DNA of 61,621 bases, taken from NCBI GenBank assembly GCA_964632485.1, contig CAZWDO010000012.1, forward strand, positions 62,001 to 123,621, written 5' to 3'. The position numbers and the translations under genes were made by a program. Source of the stretch: an uncultured bacterium. GTDB taxonomy: Bacteria; JAGOEH01. Numbering within the stretch: the first letter of the stretch is position 1; every line of letters begins with the position of its first letter. Below, piece by piece: positions 46,582 through 57,311 of the stretch. The notes under the pieces were generated by a model. The model made no database searches. It saw only the letters and a program-made list of their open reading frames with translations, and was not told the origin of the DNA.

Positions 46582-48812
46582 TCAAGAGAACAGGTTCGCA
46601 TCACCAGTCGATGAAACGATCAGGACGCTTGGCAATCCTTCGGTTAATTCGTTAAATAATTGATGAAATTTTTGGTGATTATCGCCCGTGAGTATCGAGC
46701 CTAATAATATCAATGACGACGCATGAGAATGTTTGCAGATGGTTGCCTGGATAGATTGTTGCAATTGGATGATTTGTATTTCGGCATTGATACGAGCGGC
46801 TTCCATCAGGTTGCTGAGCTCGAGATGAGCGGCTTCCTCATCAGAATCTTTGGGTATGGCGCGTAATAGGCGGATGGAACTATTGGTCCAATCCGGATGA
46901 CAACTAATCAGATAAGCAAGAATGACTAACAATGAGCCATTCTTTTCCCCTCGCCACCATAAGTCGATGGTTTTGGGGCGGCTGGCTGCCGGCAATCCAC
47001 GATTGATAAAAAAGAGCACGCTGTAATGGAGCGATAATCCTAAACGCGCTAATTGATAATAAGGTTCTAATAAATCGCTTGTTTCCTGCCAGGGCAGCAA
47101 AAGCAGATTGGGTTTGAGTGGATTGAGCGAAACACTTTGGATTACGGCTGTTTGAGTTTCGTGAATGTCATGGTAAACAACGGCCTCCGGGAATATGTCG
47201 AATTGATTTTTTTTTATGACTTCATCCATTCGCATCAGTTGGGTTGAGCGAACAGCGGCGATTGTTTGTCCTTTTGACGACGGGATGAATGCGATCCATT
47301 GAGCCAAACCGTGTTTGCCCGTAAGCAGGTCAGCTATCGTTAGCATAGAAACTTCGGCGTTGGCGCGATGATTGATGAGTAATAACGTTGGCCGCCAGTT
47401 TTTGGGATGGAGAGGCAAATGGCTGAGATTGTTCAGGTTTTTCCGGATGTTCTGATAGACAAAACCGCGTCTGGCATCACCGTAATTTACCTTTAATTCT
47501 TTACGACTCAAATATATAAAGAGTAGTGTTATAATAGCGACCGCAGCAACAGCGGCGCCAAAACTGATGAGAGTGGCGGTAAAAAAGCAGGCAACCGTGC
47601 CCAACAGCGCGGTACTCCAATGGAAAAATTTAAACCGCGGGCGAAAAGATGGATTGGAGCCAAAGGATTCAACAAATCCAGCCAGATTGACAATTCCATA
47701 AGCATAGAGGAAAAAAATTGTAACGATCGCAGCAACGGCATTCAATGCAGCCCCTCCCTCTCCCTGACCAGCAAAACCAATTACTCCCAACGAGATTAAC
47801 AAAGTCATCAACATTGCATGCCGCGGTTCGTCTCCTTTCTGTGAACCTTGGGAGAAGGTTCCCAATAATTCGATAATGCGGTCGCGGGATAACGCCTGAA
47901 GGATTCTTGGCGCGCCCATCATTGAACCTAAAGCGCTGGATAGAGTCGCGGCAAAAACTCCCAATATCACGAAAAATTTTAAGTCAAAAAGCGCAAACTC
48001 CTGCAAAGTCTGAAAGGGAAAGGCGATAAGACGTGTATAAGTATCCACGCCTCCCATGATAAGTATTTGAAGAGAATAAATGATAAATCCGGTCGCAATG
48101 GCCAGCAGCGTGCCTCTGGGTAAGGATTGTACTGGGTTTTTCAGATCCCCTGACATGTTGACTCCGGCCATGATGCCGGTAACCGCCGGGAAATATATTG
48201 CAAATAATTTCCAGAAACTAAACCCGGGGAGATAATGGGGGGAACTGTTAATCCTGAATAATTCAGAATTGAAGCGCTGCGCCATACCGATCATAAACGT
48301 AGCGATCGACAATCCCAATACCAACATAATCAAATATTGAGTTCGGATCGCCCATGATGCGCCAATGTAAGTGATAAAGAAAAGTGTGAAACAAACTCCC
48401 AGATTGATAAAAAAATAGTAAGGTTGCCAAAGGGGAAACGTGATGACCAGCGCTTCAGTAAATCCTAATATATAGAACGGTACCGATAGCGCTTGAGCGG
48501 CATAAAGCGCTAATCCGATCGCCCCGCCGAATTTCGGTCCCAAAACGCGGGAAATGATGTAATAAGCGCCTCCCCCCTTGACCGTAATGTTTGTGGCAAT
48601 AGCGGAAATTGAAAGTCCGGTAAAAAAAGTAATGCTGTTCGCTAGCAAAAGAATTAAAAAGGCATTATAAATCCCGGATTGTCCAATGACGTATCCGGCG
48701 CGCATAAACATGATAACACCCAGAATTGTCAAAACTGAAGGTGTGTAAACGCCTCCAAACGTACTGAATTTATTCTTTTGCGATGATTCTGATTTGGTTC
48801 CGCCAGGGTCAT
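46582..48812 (-). CDS. Cation-chloride cotransporter (SLC12A-like) / amino acid permease; 5' end frameshifted or non-canonical start
   Basis: KFSTFGGVYTPSVLTILGVIMFMR, GGGAYYIISRVLG, FPAVTGIMAG, SGDLKNP, KNWRP, IDLWWRG; the conserved N-terminal motif lies upstream of the first in-frame TTG (48732). Confidence 0.85.
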
Positions 48813-49630
48813 GGTGTATTGGGTTCTTTTATGAGGGTTTGGTTAAGTTTGGCTGCCGATTGTTTAAAAAACAGCCGGCAAAAATTTTTATAAATGATCG
48901 AACTCATTTCTTGAAGCGCTATTTCACGGGTTGCCGCAGCCTTTTGATAGATATGCTCAAGGTAATGGGGATAATTAATTTCTCCTTCAAAGCGGAATGG
49001 TTTGATATAGGGGGCATCAGTTTCCAGGAGTAGCCGTTCCATGGGTATTGCGCGAAGCTTGGCTTGCAATTGAAGGGCGCGGGGGGAGATGAAGGCGGCG
49101 CTGAAACTGAAATATGTATTATAGCTCAAAAATTCGTGAATTAATTCAATGGGGCCGGAAAAAGAGTGGAAGATAAAAGTCAGGGATTTTAAACGGGGGA
49201 TGCGGCGAAGAAGCTGAGCAAATTCGTAATAGCTTTTCCTTAAATGCAGGATTAGTGGAATTTGAAATGATTCTGCCCATTCGCATTGACGCAGAAAAAG
49301 AAAGGTTTGTTCGCTTCGATTATGCTGGCCGTCATAAAAATCGAGTCCACATTCCCCAATCGCTACGGGGGTTGCCGTTTGAAGCATTGTTTCCATCTCC
49401 GGAATTAAAGTTTGCGCTTTCGCTGTATCGAACGGATGTATCCCAATAGAATATAAAATTCTCTGATATGTTTGATGTAGCTGTTTGTGAAACTGAACGG
49501 ACATCGGATCCAAAGCTGAGGATATCCAATAACCGATTCCCCGTTCCGCCCCCAGAGCGACTAATTGATCCAGAGTTGAATGGTAACGTTCGTCATCCCA
49601 ATGGCAATGGAGGTCAGTATAAATGTGCAT
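48809..49630 (-). CDS. tatD: TatD-family hydrolase
   Basis: DLHCH, GIHP, AIGECGLD, HSFSG, LLETDAP. Confidence 0.9.
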   Translation of the reverse strand: MHIYTDLHCHWDDERYHSTLDQLVALGAERGIGYWISSALDPMSVQFHKQLHQTYQRILYSIGIHPFDTAKAQTLIPEMETMLQTATPVAIGECGLDFYDGQHNRSEQTFLFLRQCEWAESFQIPLILHLRKSYYEFAQLLRRIPRLKSLTFIFHSFSGPIELIHEFLSYNTYFSFSAAFISPRALQLQAKLRAIPMERLLLETDAPYIKPFRFEGEINYPHYLEHIYQKAAATREIALQEMSSIIYKNFCRLFFKQSAAKLNQTLIKEPNTP

Positions 49631-50249
49631 ACAATCCGCTCAGATGGTGGATTGATTGTAAATGGAAATCGGGTTCACCAGAAAAATCCGGACTTACCAG
49701 TACGGTTGTGAGACCGAGATTTTTAGCGGCGCTCAAATAGGGCCAAAGATCATCAAACATAATAAATTGATGGGGATGAGCCGAATTTTGGATCAAATGC
49801 ATGATTTTTTGATAACTTTCTTCATGGTACTTATTGCGAAGTTCCATTGTCACTACATCAAAAACAGCGATGAAGAGATCATCCACACCCAAAGCCTGTA
49901 AAACCGTTTCTGCATAGGGCGTGTAGGAATTGGTGAGAATATACTTGGGCTGCTCAATCGCCAGCAAATGCTCTCTTAGCAAGGGATCACGGGCGGGTAG
50001 CGTATCGTCGGGAATATCATGGACGTATTGCAAAAAGTGAAGCGGATCAATTTGGTAATCTTTCATTAATCCTGCCATGGTTGTTCCATATTCAAGGCAA
50101 TAATGCCGGCGGGTTTTTTTGGCAGATTCTTCAGTCAAGTCAAAGCATTCGACCATATAGTGGGTCATGCGACGGTCCACTTCCGTGAGCGGCCCTTTTT
50201 GCGGCAAATAAAGTGTATTGTCTAAATCAAACAAAAAATAATCGATCAT
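49614..50249 (-). CDS. HAD-family pyrimidine 5'-nucleotidase
   Basis: FDLDNTLY, YGTTMAGL, TNS, FDD. Confidence 0.88.
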   Translation of the reverse strand: MIDYFLFDLDNTLYLPQKGPLTEVDRRMTHYMVECFDLTEESAKKTRRHYCLEYGTTMAGLMKDYQIDPLHFLQYVHDIPDDTLPARDPLLREHLLAIEQPKYILTNSYTPYAETVLQALGVDDLFIAVFDVVTMELRNKYHEESYQKIMHLIQNSAHPHQFIMFDDLWPYLSAAKNLGLTTVLVSPDFSGEPDFHLQSIHHLSGLYAHLY

Positions 50250-51700
50250 AACCCTAATTTATATATAATTTTTTTAAAGTCAAGGGTTGTTTCACTTTTT
50301 GGGTAATTTTGAGTAAAAGGAATAAAGTTTTTTATAGATTGGGAAAAATTTTGGTCTTCCCGGATAAAGCCTGCGTAATGAACATCAAGATTTAAAAATT
50401 TAAGGGCATATTGAATTACGGCCTGGGCATAATTAATATCGCTTGAATGGCGCATCCGGTTGAGAATCAGGTGGATTTTAAACGCTGCTATTTGCTGTCT
50501 GATTTGTTGGAAATTTTGGGGTGAAAATTTTTCCAATGCCATAAAAAAGTCTTTTAAGTTGCGAATTTTAATATCTTTAGGATCAATCAGCCGTTGGAAT
50601 AAAGCCTGCAATTCTTTTTCATGCCGAATTAATGGATGGAAAGAAAGCTCCCTGAAAACTGATTTTTTTATAAATGTGCTAACATTTTCAATGGCGGTCG
50701 GTTCAGGACTGATTATCATTATTCCTTCGCGGGCAAAACGGAAAAAATCAATGACATTATAGGTTGAGCCAGAACCTAAATCCAGAAAGATGTAATCAGC
50801 CTGAAGACGCTGTATATGATTGATCAGTTTTCGTTTTTGCGTATAGGGCAGGTTGGCCAGCTCGAGAATATCCTTGGCTCCTGAAATGAATTTCAAGTTG
50901 GGCTGACTGGTATCGATCAGGGTGTTCGATAAATTCTGAATGTCTCCATAGAGAAAATCATTCAGGGATACGGGTGGGTATTTTATACCCAGACATGTAT
51001 GCAAATTTGCCGCCCCGAGGTCCACATCAATAACAATGACCCGTTTCCCCTGGCCAGCTAAAATGAATGAAAGGTTAGCTACCACTGAAGTCTTGCCCGT
51101 ACCTCCTTTACTTCCGCCAAAAGCGATAAATCGGGAGGAATGTTTAGCCAGTTCCTGAAATGGATTCCCGAAATCAATTTCTGAATAATCCGATTCTTCT
51201 GGCTCTAACGCTGGAATTGTAATCCGCTTCAGTGGCATCTCCAACATGGCTTTCCGTAGCGATTCCGTGATTTCAAATTGCTCAAAACTGCCGGGATTAT
51301 GCAGGACTTCCCGTTCCAGCAAAGCTTTTTCATGGAGAAAATTTTTTAATGCGTCAAGGATGGAGATGCAGCGTTGCCTTAATCCACCAAATTTTTTGTC
51401 CATTTCCATTTGAATTTCCGGCGCCAGGCTTAGTTTTGCATATTCCATTTGTTTGAGACTGAACTGAATCTGCGACAACCAGTAATGAAGTTGCTTGGAT
51501 TCCTGTTCCGGGATGATGGGAGTTGATAACAACGGACGCAGGATTTGGTAAAGCTGTTCGTGGCTTTTCTCAAGCTGAGCCAAACTATTTTGAAAAGCTG
51601 AAGACAAAGTTGATTCATCCTGTATCGGCTCATTTAACTCATGCGTTAATGCGATTATTTCTAAAAAAAGTTCTTCTAAAAGTCGATGACGGGTTCGCAA
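50246..51700 (-). CDS. MinD/FlhG-like ATPase with a long N-terminal helical extension
   Basis: SKGGTGKT, IDVDLGAANLHTCLG, FLDLGSG, PEPTAIEN; TTG start with GGAGG, possible true start at 51813. Confidence 0.85.
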   Translation of the reverse strand: MRTRHRLLEELFLEIIALTHELNEPIQDESTLSSAFQNSLAQLEKSHEQLYQILRPLLSTPIIPEQESKQLHYWLSQIQFSLKQMEYAKLSLAPEIQMEMDKKFGGLRQRCISILDALKNFLHEKALLEREVLHNPGSFEQFEITESLRKAMLEMPLKRITIPALEPEESDYSEIDFGNPFQELAKHSSRFIAFGGSKGGTGKTSVVANLSFILAGQGKRVIVIDVDLGAANLHTCLGIKYPPVSLNDFLYGDIQNLSNTLIDTSQPNLKFISGAKDILELANLPYTQKRKLINHIQRLQADYIFLDLGSGSTYNVIDFFRFAREGIMIISPEPTAIENVSTFIKKSVFRELSFHPLIRHEKELQALFQRLIDPKDIKIRNLKDFFMALEKFSPQNFQQIRQQIAAFKIHLILNRMRHSSDINYAQAVIQYALKFLNLDVHYAGFIREDQNFSQSIKNFIPFTQNYPKSETTLDFKKIIYKLGL

Positions 51701-51941
51701 TAGTGCCTCCGTGTTTGTTTTTTTAAAAAGTATGCATTTTCTATGCCTTAGCTCATCTTTTAAAATCGGTTCTGAAAATCGTACAATTTAATATGACGCT
51801 GCTGGTTTTCCATGGATAACCTCCTTCCATTTTTTATTTAAAATTGTTTCCTACTTACCAACCTGCCTGTATTTCGATAAGCGCTAATTGAATTATAAAA
51901 AAATATAAAAAAAATGAAAATACTTTTTTTAGATTTTTTTG

Positions 51942-51970
51942 TTGACATGGATTCAATTTTGCAATATAAT
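51942..51970 (+). promoter_or_regulatory. Consensus sigma70 promoter
   Basis: TTGACA-17 nt-TATAAT upstream of the methyltransferase/TetR pair. Confidence 0.75.
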
Positions 51971-51987
51971 GTGGCAGGAGAATACCG

Positions 51988-52803
51988 ATGAAGTCCAACC
52001 GAAAAAATAAAAATTATCACAACCGTATTGCCGTGAATTATGATAATATTTATGAACACAGTGTCTATTGGGAATATAACCGTCGGATCACCTGGGAACA
52101 TCTCAAGCCTGTTTTAATTAATCTACCCAACCGTGATGTGCTGGATTTAGGTTGTGGCACTGGTTATTGGGGATTAAAGTTGATGAAAAGTGGGTTTGAT
52201 GTTTTCTTTGCAGATTTGTCGCAGCAAATGGTCAATCAGGTCGTACAAAAATTGGAGGAGACCGGCGTGGAGTGGCAAAACAGGGTTGTATGCATGGATG
52301 CCATGCATACGGATACGGCTTTTCCGGATAAAAAATTTTCTTTGGTTATTGCTTATGGTGATATTCTATCTTTCAGTGAAAATCCGGAAAAAGTGATTCA
52401 AGCCGTGTATCATAGTCTCTCTGAAGGGGGCTATTTTTTAGCGAATTTTGATAATCGTCTGGCCAACATGGCTTTTTATGGGCGGACCCGGGATTGGAGC
52501 GGATTGCTGGATTTTATTGAAACCGGCAGATCCCGATGGTTAACCCGATTAAAGGAACAACAGTTTCCTTTGCGGGCGTTTTACTCTTCTGAAATGGAGC
52601 GGTTGCTAACGAAACGCGGGTTTCGAATATGTGATTTCTATAGCAAGCCCTTATTGCCGGTTCAAGATTTTATTGATGATATTGATGATAAAGAATTATT
52701 TAATAAATTAATTCCCTGGGAATTGCGTTTGTCGAAGGATAGTTCTTCCCTGGGATGCGGGAACCATATTGAGTTTATTGCTCAAAAAAAGCGAAAGGAT
52801 TAG
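51988..52803 (+). CDS. Class I SAM-dependent methyltransferase
   Basis: VLDLGCGTG, ADLSQQM, LSEGGY. Confidence 0.9.
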   Translation: MKSNRKNKNYHNRIAVNYDNIYEHSVYWEYNRRITWEHLKPVLINLPNRDVLDLGCGTGYWGLKLMKSGFDVFFADLSQQMVNQVVQKLEETGVEWQNRVVCMDAMHTDTAFPDKKFSLVIAYGDILSFSENPEKVIQAVYHSLSEGGYFLANFDNRLANMAFYGRTRDWSGLLDFIETGRSRWLTRLKEQQFPLRAFYSSEMERLLTKRGFRICDFYSKPLLPVQDFIDDIDDKELFNKLIPWELRLSKDSSSLGCGNHIEFIAQKKRKD

Positions 52804-52807
52804 TACG

Positions 52808-53428
52808 ATGCGTTCTGCTGGAGATAAAACTCGGAAAAGAATTTTGGATACTGCGCTTAAAATATTTGCCCATAAAGGATTTCTTGCCACGCGCGTGTCC
52901 GATATTTCCCGCGAAGCCCAGACGGCTCATGGTTTGCTATACTACTATTTTAAGGATAAAGAGGATATTCTTCAGGCTATTTTCGAAGAAAACTGGAAAG
53001 AATTGACACGGAATGTCCGCAGTGTAATACAACACCATCCTGACTGTATTAATAAAATTGAAGCCATTATTACCTATATTTTTCATTTGTTTCATAATCA
53101 TCCGGATTTGTTTCGGGTCATTGTTATAAATTTGCGCTACACTCCCGAGTTGAGTCAGGATTTGCGCAAACAATTGTTGAACGAATTATTGACACCTCTT
53201 TATGAATTATTCCAGGAAGGGCAGAAACAGGGCGTTCTTTTAAATGAACTGGATCATGAAATAGCTGTTCAACTCCTTTTCGGCATGGTGGAAAACTCTA
53301 TCCGCAGTATTCTGATTGGAGTGATCCATTACGACTTACGAATTGAAAACCTGTATTTGATTCGCGATAACATTTTGAAAATCTTTTTTGAGGGAACTCT
53401 TGTATCAAAAAAAAGTTTAACAAATTAA
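52808..53428 (+). CDS. TetR/AcrR family transcriptional regulator
   Basis: RKRILDTALKIFAHKGFLATRVSDI...GLLYYYFKDKEDIL. Confidence 0.93.
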   Translation: MRSAGDKTRKRILDTALKIFAHKGFLATRVSDISREAQTAHGLLYYYFKDKEDILQAIFEENWKELTRNVRSVIQHHPDCINKIEAIITYIFHLFHNHPDLFRVIVINLRYTPELSQDLRKQLLNELLTPLYELFQEGQKQGVLLNELDHEIAVQLLFGMVENSIRSILIGVIHYDLRIENLYLIRDNILKIFFEGTLVSKKSLTN

Positions 53429-53514
53429 AAAATAGACTTGACTTCCCTGAAGAAAATCTGTTATTTATGATTAATTAGTTTCGTTCAATTTGTATCGTGA
53501 AAAGGAAGGTGTCA

Positions 53515-56205
53515 ATGAGTGTTGATTTTAGCGGCAATGGACAAAATGTAGTAACGTATGAAGAGCCGAAGTGGTTGCGTCTCGGAGCGCCGTTTTTGGT
53601 TTTTTTGGTGGCTTTGGCCGGTTTTTTACAGACAGTGCAGCGTACCGTGTCGTTTTGGGATTGTGGGGAGTTTATCGCAACTTCAGTTATTTTGGGGATT
53701 CCGCATCCCCCGGGCGCGCCTACTTTCAATCTGCTGGGGCGTTTTTTTTCCCTGATTCCCATTGGGGATGAGATCGCCTGGCGAGTGAATTTGATATCGG
53801 TATTAACTTCCGCTTTTGCTATTCTTTTTCTTTTTTTAATTCTCAGAGAAATCTATCGTTATCTGTTTCCCAACGGTTTATTAAAAGATACCGTAATTTC
53901 TATTGTCAGCGCCGGCGCCGTGTCCCTGATGTGCGCTTTTAGCGATACCTTCTGGTTTAATGCCGTAGAAGCAGAAGTCTATGGCGTAGCAATGTTTTTC
54001 CTATTTTTAAGTTTGTATCTGGCAATGATCTGGTTCCGCCACCGGCAGGAAACAGGCGATGATCGCTATTTAATCTTTTTATTCTTTACGATGTTTCTCG
54101 GTATTGGTGGGCACATGTTCAGCCTTTTGTTCTTTCCTGCCATCTTCGTCTTAATGGTGTTAGTCGATAAAGAATCGATTTTGGATGCTCAGACCTGGTT
54201 GGGAATTCTCGGGATGTTAGTGGCGGTCTGGAGTATGAATAAAATTGCAGCCACCTATCAACATTCAGATTTTGCTGTTGCCCTGATTGGGCTTTTTTTG
54301 GCAGTTCCGTTGATGTTCGCCATGGAACGGCTTCAAAGTTTTAAAAATTGGCATTACTGGTTTGCATTTTTTCAACTGACATTAGTGATCTATGCCGTGG
54401 ATATTTTTGTCTGGTTCAATGCGTTTTCTTTGGTCGCTTATGTGATTATTAGCTTAACCAGCTCAAACCAGGGCTTCAAAAATAAGCTTCGTTTTTTAAT
54501 CGTTTCATTGTTAGTAGCGGCGATCGGTTATTCCACTTACCTATATATTCCCATTCGCTCCCAGCTCAATCCCACTATTGATGAAAATAATCCGGAAACA
54601 GTGGAGCAATTTAAACTTTATTTAGAGCGCAAGCAATATGGTGAACCGGATATCTGGAGCCGCATCACCAAACGGTACGGTTCCTGGTCCTGGCAGTTCG
54701 GGTATATGATCAACTACCTCAAGACGCAGTTCAACAACCAGCCGCATGTGCGTTATCTGTTCCCTGCCTGGGCGCTTCTTTTTCTGTTGGGTTGTTATTA
54801 TCTCTGGCGCCATTCCAGGAATTACCACATTTCATTATTAATATCGCTGGTAGTTTTTATCGCTATTGTGGGATTGGTAATCTATATGAATTTTTCCGAT
54901 GGATTGCACGGAAAGCAAACCGAAGTGCGGGACCGCGATTATTTTCACACCCCCAGTTTTCTGATATTCGGCATGATGATGGGTGTCGGCCTGGCGGGTG
55001 TTTTACACTATTTCTCCAAATTGCTCAAAAGCTCTGCCCTGGTCATGGCGTTGAGCGTTCCTATGCTGGCCCTGCCTTATATGACTTATTATCAGAATCT
55101 ACCCACTCATAATCGTTCCAAGGATTGGATGCCCCACGATTATGCCTATAATATTCTGGTTTCCTGCCCGAAAAATGCGATTCTTTTCACCCAGGGTGAT
55201 AACGATACTTTTCCGCTATGGTTTATGCAGGAAGTGAAAAAATTTCGCAAGGATGTCCGCATCGTCAATTTAAGCCTGCTGAACGCTGATTGGTATATCA
55301 AACAGTTAAAATATTTAGAACCCAAAGTTGGATTTGGGCTTACGGATGAAGAAATTGACAAACGTTTAGTCGGAGCTTTTTATCTGGAAAAAGATTATAA
55401 TTTCCGTTATGGCAATATTACAACGACTCTTCCCAAGGATTCCTATATCCGGGTCCAGGATATTGGCGTCATGGAACTGATTAAGTCAAATTATGGGAAA
55501 CGCCCCATTTGTTTTTCCATGACTGTCGGTGATGACGGTCGGATTGGTTTGGACCGATATTTTGTGAAGCAAGGAATGGTCTATGAAATTGTCGATACGG
55601 TGGAGGATGGCCCGGTCGTCAATACGGCGGTAATGGAAGATTTGTTGGTGAACAAATTCCGTTTTACTAATCTGGCTGACAGCTCCACCTGGCTGGGCAA
55701 AGACGGCAGCCGATATGTCTGGGGTTATGCTCAGGTTTTTAATGATTTGGCGAATGCCTACCTCGAAGAAGAGCAACAGGAGAAGGCGCGTCAAGTCTTG
55801 GAAAAAGCGATTGAGTATCTCCCGTATGTCGGCGGAAATTACCATAATCTGGCCAGTTATTACGAACGAATCGGAGATACTGACAAGGCCATTCAGTATT
55901 ATAAATTAGGCGCCCAACGAGATCCGGAAATGCGTTGGTATATGAATTATTATATCTCCGAGATGTTTCGCGCTGAACAAGTGTATGATTCCGCTTTGTA
56001 CTATATCCAAATGTCCATGGAAGAATCGGCGAATGAGCCTGCTTTACTGCGCAGCGCCATAATGTTGTGTCGTTCTGCCGGAAATCGCGCGGCGGCGGAG
56101 AAAATTCTCAATAGCTGGTTGATTCGTTTTCCTCAGGACCAGTTTGCCCACCAGCTTCGAGACCAATTAAATGACTTGATACCAAATCCAACAGAAGAAA
56201 ACTAA
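53515..56205 (+). CDS. DUF2723 / TMEM260-like GT-C membrane glycosyltransferase with C-terminal TPRs
   Basis: TVSFWDCGEFI, HPPGAP, WFNAVEAEVY, EVRDRDYF, FTQGDNDTFPLW, DVRIVNLSLL, TPR-like helices. Confidence 0.9.
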   Translation: MSVDFSGNGQNVVTYEEPKWLRLGAPFLVFLVALAGFLQTVQRTVSFWDCGEFIATSVILGIPHPPGAPTFNLLGRFFSLIPIGDEIAWRVNLISVLTSAFAILFLFLILREIYRYLFPNGLLKDTVISIVSAGAVSLMCAFSDTFWFNAVEAEVYGVAMFFLFLSLYLAMIWFRHRQETGDDRYLIFLFFTMFLGIGGHMFSLLFFPAIFVLMVLVDKESILDAQTWLGILGMLVAVWSMNKIAATYQHSDFAVALIGLFLAVPLMFAMERLQSFKNWHYWFAFFQLTLVIYAVDIFVWFNAFSLVAYVIISLTSSNQGFKNKLRFLIVSLLVAAIGYSTYLYIPIRSQLNPTIDENNPETVEQFKLYLERKQYGEPDIWSRITKRYGSWSWQFGYMINYLKTQFNNQPHVRYLFPAWALLFLLGCYYLWRHSRNYHISLLISLVVFIAIVGLVIYMNFSDGLHGKQTEVRDRDYFHTPSFLIFGMMMGVGLAGVLHYFSKLLKSSALVMALSVPMLALPYMTYYQNLPTHNRSKDWMPHDYAYNILVSCPKNAILFTQGDNDTFPLWFMQEVKKFRKDVRIVNLSLLNADWYIKQLKYLEPKVGFGLTDEEIDKRLVGAFYLEKDYNFRYGNITTTLPKDSYIRVQDIGVMELIKSNYGKRPICFSMTVGDDGRIGLDRYFVKQGMVYEIVDTVEDGPVVNTAVMEDLLVNKFRFTNLADSSTWLGKDGSRYVWGYAQVFNDLANAYLEEEQQEKARQVLEKAIEYLPYVGGNYHNLASYYERIGDTDKAIQYYKLGAQRDPEMRWYMNYYISEMFRAEQVYDSALYYIQMSMEESANEPALLRSAIMLCRSAGNRAAAEKILNSWLIRFPQDQFAHQLRDQLNDLIPNPTEEN

Positions 56206-56232
56206 CCCCTTAACCTTTATAAGGAGGATGCG

Positions 56233-57306
56233 ATGAGTCGTGCCCACAATTTTAACGCCGGACCGGCGGTACTTCCGGAGAGTGTCTTGCAGGAAGCAGC
56301 GAAAGCGGTACTGGAATTGGGCAATTTAGGCATGTCGATCTTGGAAATTTCTCACCGATCGAAAGATTTCGATGCTATTATTCAGACGGCGGAAGCCGAT
56401 TTGAGAGAAATTCTGGGGCTTTCCGATGAATTTGCCGTCATGTTTCTACAGGGAGGCGCCAGCCACCAGTTTGCGATGATCCCTTATAATTTTCTCCTAC
56501 CCGGAACCAGTGGAAATTATGTTGTAACTGGCGAATGGGCAAAAAAAGCCCTGAAAGAAGCTAAAGTTGTGGGGGAGACCTATGTTTCCGCTACTTCGGA
56601 AGAATCGCGTTTCGATCGCATCCCCTCTTCTCTCGATGTGGCTGAAAATGCGGCTTATCTTCATCTCACTTCTAATAATACTATTTGGGGAACTCAATTC
56701 AAAATGTTTCCCGACAAAAAAATACCTGTGATTGCTGATATGTCATCCGATTTTCTCAGTCGGCCCCTTAACATGAACCAGTTCAGCATGATTTATGGCG
56801 GCGCTCAAAAAAATGCAGGCCCTGCCGGTTTAACCATTGTCATTATTAAAAAGAGTATGCTGGAAAAACAAAACGGTAAATTACTGGCTTTTTGGAATTA
56901 CAAAACCCATATTGATAAAGCATCACTCTATAATACTCCGTCTGTTTATGCTATTTATGTGACCGGATTGGTGTTCAAGTGGATCAAGCAGATGGGCGGA
57001 TTAGCCGCAGTGGATACTATGAATCAGGAAAAAGCTAAATTGATTTATGATTTGTTTGATCAATATCCCGATTTTTATAAGGGTCATGCTCAAGCCGGTA
57101 GCCGTTCTCTGATGAATATCACATTCCGTTTGCCAAGTGAAGAGCTTGAAAAGAAATTCCTTGAGGAAGCCAAAAAAGAAAATATGGTCGGTCTAAAAGG
57201 CCATCGAGATGTGGGTGGTTTACGCGCGTCGATGTATAACGCCTTGCCGTTAACCAGCGCAAAAGCCCTCGCTCTGTTTATGGAATCGTTCGTTAAACGT
57301 TCATGA
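56233..57306 (+). CDS. serC: Phosphoserine aminotransferase
   Basis: NFNAGPA, EISHRS, LQGGA, NNTIWG, DMSSD, GAQKNAGPAG, GHRDVGGLRASMYNA. Confidence 0.97.
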   Translation: MSRAHNFNAGPAVLPESVLQEAAKAVLELGNLGMSILEISHRSKDFDAIIQTAEADLREILGLSDEFAVMFLQGGASHQFAMIPYNFLLPGTSGNYVVTGEWAKKALKEAKVVGETYVSATSEESRFDRIPSSLDVAENAAYLHLTSNNTIWGTQFKMFPDKKIPVIADMSSDFLSRPLNMNQFSMIYGGAQKNAGPAGLTIVIIKKSMLEKQNGKLLAFWNYKTHIDKASLYNTPSVYAIYVTGLVFKWIKQMGGLAAVDTMNQEKAKLIYDLFDQYPDFYKGHAQAGSRSLMNITFRLPSEELEKKFLEEAKKENMVGLKGHRDVGGLRASMYNALPLTSAKALALFMESFVKRS

Positions 57307-57311
57307 TCGGC

